A DNA stretch of 64,000 bases from contig NC_057718.1 of assembly GCF_004010195.1 (NCBI RefSeq), forward strand, positions 102,284,079 to 102,348,078. Reading direction: 5' to 3'. Below are positions 22,752 to 34,700 of this stretch, in pieces. Source of the DNA: Chiloscyllium plagiosum. Its lineage: Eukaryota. The notes beneath the pieces are model-generated. The model searched no databases, was not told the DNA's origin, and saw nothing but the letters and a program-made list of their open reading frames with translations. The stretch's first letter is position 1, and each line of letters starts with the position of its first letter. Both the position numbers and the translations under genes were made by a program.

Positions 22752-25700
22752 CTGGCAGAAGAAAAACATTTGAGATTAGCAATTATTGGCACATATTAGT
22801 TCCACAACAGAGCATTCACTACATATCAAGAGTTATTACCATTGCAGTAGAGGGGAATGATGAGCTCCTATTTGACAACATTAATCCAACTTGGTCTTAA
22901 GCTTGCTTCTGTTTGCAGAGTGGAATTGTAATATTTCTTAGATAATTCTGCTCATAGCTTCAAATCTTGAAGTGTTTGTTGGATTCAGATGTATGCCTGT
23001 TTTCTATTTCTCAATATGAATTGTCAATGCTGTGTATGGAGATATGATATTAGAATAATTGAGGATTTAGATAAGACAAGTTGCTTGGCAACTGATCCTT
23101 TTTGAGTTGCATGCATATATGTTACTTTCTTAGTGGACATTAAAAAATATTTACAAAATGGGGAAACATAAATGAACCGTTCAGCCCTTTGAGCCCGTTT
23201 TGTCATTCAGTTAGGTTTTAACCACTCTGAACGTCAACTCCCTTTACCCACTATTTGATCAGAATCTTTTGATGCCCTTACGTTAAACAAAATACTGTAG
23301 ACTTTGGTCTTGAAAACAGGCAGGTATATTAATACAAAAGCAAAAGAAAAACTACAGATGTTGGAAGTCTGATGCCATGGTAAGTTTAGGAGGTCAAATT
23401 ATTGAACTTAATGTTTATGCAGAATTAAAAGATATATTCATCAATACACAGGATGTCTGAGACAACTATTAAAAACTTAAGCACATTATGGAGCTATTAG
23501 AAAAATCATGAATAAGGGCATTTGACAGATACAAGATTTTTCTCTTTGTATATAACCTCTGCCATTATTTCACCAAACTGAGTATTAAGTAAACACAAAA
23601 TTCACATTGAATGTTGTGCAGTCTACCAAACAAAGAATGTCATTTTATCCAATGTTGGTTTCGCTTTCACTTTTAACTCTATTTAATGTTTTGAGGTCCT
23701 ACTTCCACATCAAATTCCCGAAGAAGGGCTCATGCCCGAAACGTCGATTCTCCTGCTCCTTGGACGCTGCCTGACCTGCTGCACTTTTCCAGCAACACAT
23801 TTTCAGCTTCCACATCAAATGTCAAGCTAAGAATGTGGGTATACGTTAATTGGGCTCTTTAATAACAATAAGATCACCGCATACAATCAAACATACTGTT
23901 CTGTTCCATTGCCTATCTAAGCCAAGAACACCAATTTTCTGTAACAAAAACTGAACACAAATGTGAACTGATTGGAACATTGTAAGCTCTCAGCATAACA
24001 TCTCTAGACTTGTCCATTATTATTCGAATAAGATACCTTAACTATTGGCTTTTCTAATCCCTTTGTCTGAACACTGATAGTATTGGCATTTCTATTGATT
24101 AATGTCGTATGACGATTTAAATCAAAAAAGTTTCCACAGCCTTTTAGGGTGAAAAATCTCCACATTTCTAGTATCCCTTTTTTGTGATAAAGGGCTCAAA
24201 TTTCATTTGTTATTGGCTACAATTTTCAAGACTGCACACTTTTGTTCTGAATTTCCTTAGGCGAATAAAATAGCTTCTCTTCATTAAGTCTAAATCTTGA
24301 CTCCTTTTATTATTGTCATCATCTTTCAACTATGGACCAACTATTTTATGCAACCTATCCTCATAATTTAACTCTTTGAAGCAATGTCGTAATTCTAATA
24401 CTGTGTCTAAAGCTGAACGTAGTTCTTCATAAGCCAGTTTTTAAAATGTATGCCATTATGAGATGTGGATATTGCTGACAAGGCCAGCATTTATTGCCTG
24501 ACCGTAACAACACCTTTAACTGAGACCCTTGATAGGCCATTTCAGAGGCCTATTGAGTACAACCACATTGCAGTGGATCTGGAATCAGATATCCACACTA
24601 CACTGAGGACCCACAAATGAGGCAAATGACAAATTTTGATTGCACTGGTTGAAGAATGACAATCTAAGTGTGATTTTACAAAAAAACTCTTACCTTTTTG
24701 AGACCCTTTCCTCTTTGGTCTTCTGAATTCACTTTCTAAAATTATAATGTTATCAAATAAGAAAACCCAAATAACATGATTATAAATGACAAATTACAGC
24801 AATCTGAATTCTTGCACAAAATTCAACCAGTCTGAAGTAGATAACTATTTTTGCAGGTGATAAGGTGATGTCACTAGTTAACGCAGAAATCACATTCATT
24901 TATAACTGACTACAACAGTTTTTTTTTTTACAAACACATGCAAGAACTGGTACCACAATGGGTTATGCTTACTATTAATTCATCTTTAGAGCCTTGGTTT
25001 GAGCTTTCCACTGAAGAAAAACACTTCTCTCTGCTATAGGAGCAAATTATTGCAGATGCTGTAATTGGTACTGAAAACAAAGTGCTGGAGATCACAGCGG
25101 GTCAGGCAGTGTCCATGGAGAGAACACAAGCTGGAGGGGGCAGCAATGTGGGGTAAGAAGGGGAGAAATGTGGAGTGGAACTGGTTGTTCTTTCCAGTCT
25201 GACAGTTAGACACACCATTTGTTCTGCAATTCCCACATTCCGATCACTTAATCTGCCCGATCAGTACCCTCTCTCCCCGAGCACTCCACAGCTTTGCCTC
25301 CCTGCCCCCCCACCCCACAACTTGCACATAAACACTGACCCCTCCACACATCAGTTCTGATGAAGTGTCATCTAGACTCGAAACATTAGCTTGCTCTCTC
25401 TCCACAGACGCTGCTTGGCACGCTGTGATCTCCAGCATTTTTCGTTTTCATTAATCTTTGCTGGCCTTGAGCATCTACACAGGAACCACGATTATCCAGC
25501 ATTTGATTAACCGAACTTTGGATGATCCGAACAAGATCGCAAGGTCCCAATGCATGGCTAACTATGTTATCCGGTATTCGATTAACCGAGCGAAATACTC
25601 CCGCCTGTGTCCTTTCAATAATCGAGGTTCCTCTGATATGAAATGGGTTTCAGCAGTCTTGAGACAACAACTTTAACCCCGGGCACAAATTACAGCACTG

Positions 25701-28700
25701 GCCCTAAAGTGGCAGCAATCTGCCATCTCCCTCACCGAAGGTGTAAAAGTGAACAGTGCGTAAAGGGGATAGTGAGAAATGGGGAAAAAAGAAGTGATTG
25801 ACGTGGTACAGACTGCTATTCTGAACCCGAGGTTAAGTCACTTTGTGGAAGAAATACCCTACATACGGCTGTGATAAGCTGGGCCTGACTGTTGAATCCT
25901 GACCTGGAGTGCTTGAAAGAAAAGAAAAAGGCTTCCACTTCTCCAGAGAGATATTCCATTCACTGCTCAGCATCAAATTAATCTTTATAACATCTTAATC
26001 ATAAATATTTACGCGTCTCTTAGATGCACATCGGTCTATACTGTAGCGCTGGTAACTTTACTTACCATTCTCTTAGAACAAAGTACACACTTACTTATAA
26101 ACTGCAAGTGAAACTATGATTTATATCTATTTTGCTCGACCATTCTATGCAATAAATGAATCAAAGAAAGGTACTTCTATCTATCTTGACTTAAAATGGA
26201 AGCTAGAACTGAATTAAAGTATAATGGGAACGAATGTGACAATGCAGATGATGATGCAATTCTGATATCAGACAGAGGCAAGCTTCTGGGATCCAAAGAC
26301 AAAAGGAACAGAACTATATTTTAGATGTGTAATCAGTATTCTCTGTTTCAGTATTTAAATAAAGAGTTCACTGGAACTCCTAAGATTCAACATCTTAAGT
26401 CACACTCAGATAAGGCGGAGGCAGAGGTGCCACAGAATCAGAGTGAGAACAGTTTGGCTAAGTACAGTATTCTCAAGAGTGCAATACAGAACTGATCACA
26501 CAGAGCCCATTGTAGGCAGAATCCACCAGGGCAGAATTAAATACAGTGCAAGCCATGGAATCCACAGATCACTATGAAAGTGCTGTAATGTATCAGACAT
26601 CCATGAATTAATAACAGTTCACAGAGAAATGGAATTGTGGACTTTTATGATAGCATAGAAAACTTTGTTATAACTGGCACCTTATGAATTGGCACTGTTG
26701 ATAAACCAGCAAAAATTACATACCTAAAATACTGGAAGTTTACTGTATTATCGCAACCTCCGCAATGTAGAGTGGTCAGTTGAAGGCAAGAGTGAGAAGG
26801 CACTGTGGGTAAGCTTTATTTAAGGTAAGCTTGTATTATTTAAGTGCTTTATGGTGTAAGCATATTCTATTATTTAGTCTGCGTTTTTATGTTGACTATG
26901 CAGTCCTCTTGAGCAAGTAGAATATTTGTCAACTGGCACATTCCTGGTCTAAGAGGTGCTGGTTAAGAAATCATTTGCTATAACATTATTTACATTTCAA
27001 ATTCAGGTCAAGTTGACCTAGATTTGTCTTTACACTAAAAAAAAGTGATTGCTTTTCATGGCACTAAGTCATTTACTACTTTCTGAAATTGCTGTATCAT
27101 AAAGGAGTACCCATAAGACATAGGAGTGGAAGTAAAGCCATTCAGCCCATGAAGTCCACTCTGCCATTCAATCATGGCTGATGGGCATTTCAATGCCACT
27201 TACCCGCATTCTAATATAGTTCTGTTCCTTGCAAGATCAAGAATTTATCAATCTCTGCCTTGAAGACATTTAACGTCCCAGCCTCCACTGCACTCCGTGG
27301 CAATGAATTCCACAGGCTTGCCACTCTCTGGCTGAAGAAATAAATCCTCATTTCCATTCTAAATTGACCCCCTCTAATTCTAAGGCTGTGCCCACGGGTC
27401 CTAGTCTCCCCGCCTAATGGAAACAAATTCCGAACGTCTACCCTTTCTAAGCCACGCATTATTTTGTAAGTTTCTGTTAGATCTCCCCTCAACCTTCTAA
27501 ACTCTAATAAATACAATCCCAGGATCCTCAGCCATTCATTGTATGTTAGTCCCACCATTCCAGGGATCATCCATGTGAATCTCTGTTGGACACACACCAG
27601 TGCCAGTATGTTCTTCGAGGTGTGGGGCCCAAAATTGGACACAGTATTCTAAATGGAGCCTAACTAGAGCTTTATAAAGTGTCAGAAGCACATCGCTGCT
27701 TTTATATTCCAACCCTCTTGAGGTAAATGACATTACATTTGCTTTCTTAACCACGGACTCAACCTGCAAGTCAACCTTTAGAGAATCCTGGGCTAAGACT
27801 CCCAGATCCCCTTTGTATTTTGGCTTTATGAAGTTTCTTGCCCAAAGTTTTGTTTTATGTCATCAGTGAATCATAAGGGCTCCTTCCATGGAAATTTTCA
27901 TGGAAGAACTGACAAGTTCAAACAAAGATTGCACATCAATTATCAGAAGGTACAATTAAACCTAATGTTAAACCTGGAGTTGGAAAACGTGAAATAAAAG
28001 TCATCCTTGTTATTTTGTTAACTAGTTAATATAATCTACTCATTATTTCCAGCATCTTGATGTTTGAAATGTCCAACTCAAAGTAAAGAAAAACTTTAAA
28101 AACATTTAAAATACTTTGAAAAATTACCATTTATGTTTGTGTGAAAAATGATAGGGATTTGGATGAAAGCAGAATCAAATTTATTATAAACTTCTGCAGT
28201 TAGAGAAAATTTATGACAAAACCAAGATATCAATTAAATTTTATGGATACTGAAATCAATACCTGGAGGTTGCGTGTGCTTGTACTCCTTCTTGTGTTGG
28301 GGATTCTTCCTGTAAAGAAGTGAAACACGTTAATTTATTAATTAAACACAATATATGCCCTAAACTACTAACATGCTTCATTCTATTAGCCTTTACAAAT
28401 GGTAGTAGGATTATTTAAACAGGACAGTGGAGTGATCAAAAATATTCACTGGCTACACTTTTCCAGTTTTGCCTTAAAACATTCACCATGTTTGACAATT
28501 TTATTTCCAATTCTATTCTGAAGGCATTTTATTTCTGTTGGGTGAAAGTCCCATAGGTTCCAATCTCACCCAAACTGCCTACATCGAGGGATTTAATATT
28601 CAGCTCTCCATTCACATGGAGATCAACAAAGATACTATTTTTGCAGATGCCACCTAGAGGAAAGCTAGGTTACAAAATATTGAAAAAACAATGAGCATAA

Positions 28701-31700
28701 TGGGGCACACATCACCTCTTACAAAAGTGAGGTACTTTAGGGAACTCAAGTTCAGAGTCACAGCCACCTAGTCCAGTTTGATTCTCTAGGTGAATTGTGG
28801 AAGAATTTGAGAGAGACTGTTTTCCAAAATTGCCTAATATTTTCATCCTTTGTTTCATCGCTCCTTGGAGATTACAAGGTTTATGGGTAGCATGTGAACT
28901 GTATTTACCAAGATGTGGAACCTATTGCAGCTGTGTGGGACAGGCTGGACAGAACATAGAGTCTTGACCTATAATTATAATTGACATCATATTTTTATGT
29001 AATTCATCTCTGAAAAGTAATGTTTCTCTGTGACAGTTTCACAATTCCTTGCAGCTATGCTGTGTGATACCAGAATACATTGATAAAGTGTGTAGAACTG
29101 GCTAAGGTGTCAGTTTTGAAGCTGAAGTCAATCAGCACGAATGAAACTAATTACAGCACCTCAATAACACTTTCTAGGAATTTGTTTTAATTTTACTTTG
29201 TATGTTATGGTAGATAGGTGCCTTTGAAGGTGGTCAAGTGTATTCATTATGTTCTGTAAACATTACGGAGCAAATAACCATGCAGGTATAAAATAATTGT
29301 CTTCAAACAGCCATTTCTACAGAAAGAACACAGTCTTTTCACAGCAATAACTGTTAACTTCATCACTGGGCTAGGAGAAAGGGACATGGCCACTGTTAAA
29401 ATAAAACCCATCCATCAAATCACTTAAGTGCATGGCACCCGCAAAGTGGTGTTAAGTATTAACTGCACTTAAAAGTGAATTGCACAACTCAAGGATGGGT
29501 GGGAGTGCACAGAACATTTTCACCTGTATCTTAACAAGATAGGATTCAGAGTAGCAAAAAGATGACTGGGTTGCCCTTATTCTGAAAAGTTTATAAATCT
29601 AAGTTAAATCAACAATTAATAAAACATAACTTCAATAGGATTGAATTTTCCACATGACTTGTCAGTTTCATGGTATTAAGGGATTCTGAGGTTTTCAACC
29701 GATAAGCGATCTAAGGAAATTTATCTATTAAAATCAAAATAGCTTTAAATTGAAGCGAATATACAACAATTTTTCTCTCCCCGCAAAATAACTCTTGTAG
29801 CATAAATTACTAACCTATAGCAAGCAGTACCAAAAGGACACTCTGGTTTGTCATCATCTTCCTCCTCACCTGCTAACTCCTCGTAATCAGGATCGCCAGG
29901 ATGACTCAACTCTTGAAAATGCAATGGATTTTTCCTGAGGAAAAGGTGAGTTTATACATCATGTAAGAATAAAAGTGTTACAATTATGTAGTTATTAAGT
30001 CATTATAACTGAAACTGCATCTTCAAAATGAAGATAAATGAAGGGGGTCACTGATCTGTTCTACAGGTGGCTGACAGCAAGCATGAGCTGCTCCATTGCT
30101 AGAATTTAAAGGGAGGCGGAGATTGTTTTAATTGGAAGATGCAGCAACATATTTAAGCTTGGAGATGGTCTCTTCAGTTTATAGTGAGCAGACTGGTTTT
30201 CCTAAAGTCTTAGAAAAAAAAGTAAATAGTTGTGTTGTGAATTATTCTTTTAGAATTAGAATTAGATTACTTACAATGTGGAAACAGGCCCTTCGGCCCA
30301 ACAAGTCCACACCGACCCGCCGAAGCGCAACCCACCCATACCCCTACATTTACCCCTTATCTAACACTACAGGCAATTTAGCATGGCCAATTCACCTGGC
30401 CTGCACATTTTTGGACTGTGGGAGGAAACCGTAGCACCCGGAGGAAACCCACGCAGACACGGGGAGAACGTGCAAACTCCACACAGTCAGTCGCCTGAGG
30501 CGGGAATTGAACCCGGGTCTCTGGCGCTGTGAGGCAGCAGTGCTAACCACTGTGCCACCGTGCCGCCCACTGGTGGACTTCACCAGTTTTCTCATTTCCC
30601 CTCCCCTACCTTACCCCAGTTGCAAACTTTTTACTTCTAAGGTGAAATAGAAGTTCAGGTCAAAACAGTCCATTGCTACTTGAAATGAGGTAAATGAGTT
30701 TCTCATTGTTATGGAGAAGAAAACAAAGGCAGCCTGTAACCTGTTGTCAAAAATAGCTATGTGACAAATAAAGGCCTGTATGGTCAGCAGAAAGAAATGG
30801 CTACTGGCTATGTGGAACACCATAGCCAGATGCAGGAGAACGGCAGAGTCTAGTCTATGGGGTGCATCCTGCAACAGTTAGAGATTCCAGGTGGTTTGCT
30901 CTGGCATGTCCAGAGAAACATATCATCAGAATTGGCCTGACTGCCGGGGTGATTTAAGAAACTCTCTGAAAACAAAGGACAGCACTTCGAGATAGTCACC
31001 TAAAGTTACTACACAATGAAGTGTGATTACGGAAACCCATTGGAAACTGTAGCAACTGTGGACTGTTTCCCAAGATGATTATAATTCTTTGGACAATGTG
31101 ATATCTGATGAATATACAGGGGAACAGCTGTAGTTAAAGAATTAGTCACTTATAAATTAAAAAAGTGTTTAATCAATAGCAGTTCTTCAATAATTTGTTA
31201 CAGTAAAAACTTTACAACTTGGAATCTTGTCAGGTCATTCTTTCAGGTAACAAAACAGAAATACAATTTTTAAACACTGTCAGTCTCCAAGGAGACGGCA
31301 GCTTTATAATGTGAAAATGTCAAAATACTTATTATGTTACACAATAATAAAAGCCATAGATATAGCTAGAATCAGCAATATTTACACTAATGTGAATGCT
31401 TCTAAATGTGACAGAGAGAGAGGTCTTTGGCTCAATGACCATCGTAATTAACTCTAAGCCAGCTCAGTGTTTAAGTCTCACTCTGGGACTTGGTCACATT
31501 CTGTTGCAAAGTTGTATGCCTCTCCTGCTCAGCCAAGATTGTGAGTTGGTTGCAGCCCAACTGCATTAAAAGGCTCCACCCACAGGACCTTGATACAGGA
31601 TATACTCCACAGCAAGTGTCTTCCACAAGACTGCAAGCAAAGGAGAGAGAAATGTGCTGCTTTTGCAAAACATGGAAAATCAATTTGCTAAATATTTTAG

Positions 31701-34700
31701 GTTGATAGTTCCATGTTGTGATTTGAATTGGATAGCAAGAGCATGCACAGTTCTAACTATGGTAAATCCTTGGTCAATGCAGCATATTTAGGAGTGGCAT
31801 TAGCAGGGAAAACATTACCAAATTGCATAAAGATGTGGTGAACTCATAATCCCAACTAGAATGCATCTATAACTGAGTCACTATTCAATCAGAATACATC
31901 ACACAGCCATTAAAACACAAATCAGTAAAAAAAAATTTCATTAACTGGTTTTATGTTTGAGGTTTGTTCGCTATGTGAAGTAGGTTAGAACAGTCAAATA
32001 AAACAGCAACGATGTCAACAAATTCATTAAAACCAGAGACAGTCCAGCAAGCTTTGTCTACAGCATGTAGGTTTTCCCATCTAGAATTCTCCAAACTCTT
32101 CTAATCAGACATTAGAAATTTTCCCGATTAAATGGAGCACAAAATAACTTTAATTTTAAAATCAAGTTACACTCCATAAATGGGAATCTATATTTCTGTC
32201 TTTTTAACTGTAGCTTAGGGGCTTCAAAAGTTTGTTTGCAGTAAATTCAAACTGATATACAGACACAGAACAAAACTCTTAACTGTCCTGCATATTGGCG
32301 TTTCAGCAAGAATTCCAAACTCTCAGGAAATCGAAGAATAACTATATTTGCACAGCGAGAAACCGTAATGATCTCCTCAGAAGACAGACACAGGCTGCAA
32401 CAGACAAGGTACTGCTGTCCTGTACTTCCCGGGAGCCAAATGACTATGCCATGTTCTTCGCAGTCTGCAACACATCATCAATGAGGATGAATACCTTGCC
32501 AAGACCTTCCCCATGCCACCATTTCTCACCTTTAAACAACCACCAAACCTTAAACAGATCATGATTCGTTGCAAACTGCCCAGCCTTCAGGACAATGCCA
32601 CCGTACAAACCCTGCCACAGCAGCCACTGCAAATGTTAAGAGTATCGACACGGGTGACACCATTACGCATGGGAACACCTCCCACCATGTACGCGGCGAG
32701 TACTCATGTGACTCTCACATGATGCAGGCAAGGACGGCCCGAGACATGGTATATTGGTGAGACCAAGCAGAGACTACGACTATGGATGAATGGACACTGC
32801 ATATCAATCACCAGGCAGGAGTGTTCCCTCCCAGTTGGGGAACACTTCAGCGGTCCGGGACATTCGGCCTTGGACCTTCGGGTGACCATTCTCCAAGGCA
32901 GACTTCGGGACAATGCAAAGACTGATAGCCAAGTTTGGCACCCATGAGTTCATGTCACATCACAGGTGACCCCATTGCACGATGCACTCTCTCACATACA
33001 CACTCTCTCTTTCTCATATGCACACACATGCACCTCCCACACTCACATCAACACTTGCACCCTCTCACACATATCCGATCACACGCACGCGCACACACAC
33101 ACACACACACACTTAACCAAGCTCACACACAACTATCACGTGCACTCACACCATCTGTTGCTGCGACATACACACACATATAAGCTCATGGGGTGAATTT
33201 GTTTGTAATTGAAAAGAAGTTCTGGGGTTTACATATCAAAGAACAGAAACCAGCATATCCCATTATAAAAGATGAAAGATTTAATCTAAGATTGTTTACT
33301 GTATCACATCTCCCTGATACTGGACTCCTTTGGCTATAAATTCTGTGAGCATGATCTTAACATCCACAACCACCTGATGAAGAAGCAGCGCTCCGAATGC
33401 TAGTGCTTCCAAATAAACCTGTTGGACGATAACCTGATGTTGCGAGATTTTTAACTTTATATTTGCGAAGTAAACAGTCAACTCTTCAGAAACCCCAAAG
33501 AACTGAAGCCATAGACATTGTGCTTTTCTTGCAATTTTCTCTCAGTTTTCATATAACCTAATTATTTCTTTGCCTCATTATTTTTCTCTAACTCTCATCA
33601 TTTTTGCTCAGTTTCTTTTTAAGAAAATTACCATCTAAGTTAGTCATCACAATTTCAAAGTTGGATTGAATATTATGGATCAGTCTTTCCTTCATAATGC
33701 ATGTACTACTTAATGGCAAAACTTTCTTAACCCTTTCTAAACCATGCCTAGAACTGATTTTCTGTGCCATTTAGTATAGTCTTTAAGATACTTTTCCCAA
33801 CCAGAGCACAATCCATAATCTGCTTTCTACTATTCAGAATTATCCTGATTTATTACATTTTGTTCTTCTTACATTTAAGGGAAAAAAATTCTAGAACATG
33901 AATTTTATTTTAAAATTGAAGTGTTATTGATTAAACAACAACTGTTAGAACCAATGCTTTGAGAGATACTGCTCTCTTGTGGAGAAGTCAATATAAGATG
34001 CATTCCTGATAAGTTTAACTACAGAACTCCGTTGTCAGTCAGACATATGCAAATCTGAACCTTGAGACCAGGAAGGTTCACTTCCACATTAAATGTTGGG
34101 CCATAATATAAATCAACACTGAGCTGCAAAACATTTGCTTAGCTAGATATCTTAGACATCAAGGTAAAATCTACATGATGGACTGGAGCAGTAGCCATTA
34201 TGGAATAAAATGCACATCTTTCCCTGGCAGTCCGACAGAACGATAAGGAAACTTTCTAGGGAGTCTTTACAGAAGGAGGAGGCCATCACACTGCAGCAAC
34301 ACACTGTTCTGGCTGACCAGAAACTCTCGCATTTATTTCATTTGACATAAGTGTACAGGCCATTCTGCTATAACATGACAGTTGTGTTCCTCTACAACCT
34401 TGCACTACAGAAAATCACATTGTGAAAAACTGCTATGGAAAATCACATTGTAGAAGATCACTAATAGAAAATCACTAAACCCATTCAGTAGAAAGCTCGC
34501 ATTATCCAAACAACGTCCCCAATTATTCAATTGCGTTATAGCCAATTCGTGCTGATCAAACGTGCCTTATAGCAGAGCGACCTGTATTAAAAGAATTTTC
34601 AGGGTGATGACCAACCTGACTGGCCACATCATATCTTCCATGGCCATTAAGTCTTAGAGCGTGACCTGAACCTGGGGTCTCTGCCTCAGAGGCAGAGACA

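Noticed and set aside
22529..22900. Ser-rich 123-aa plus-strand ORF
   Set aside because: Antisense shadow of the APLF acidic exon.
30620..31320. Possible solo LTR
   Set aside because: I could not define TG...CA ends, a TSD or a second copy.
34400..34480. Short direct repeats resembling a CRISPR array
   Set aside because: Eukaryotic DNA, no unique spacers or cas genes; these are internal repeats of a MITE.
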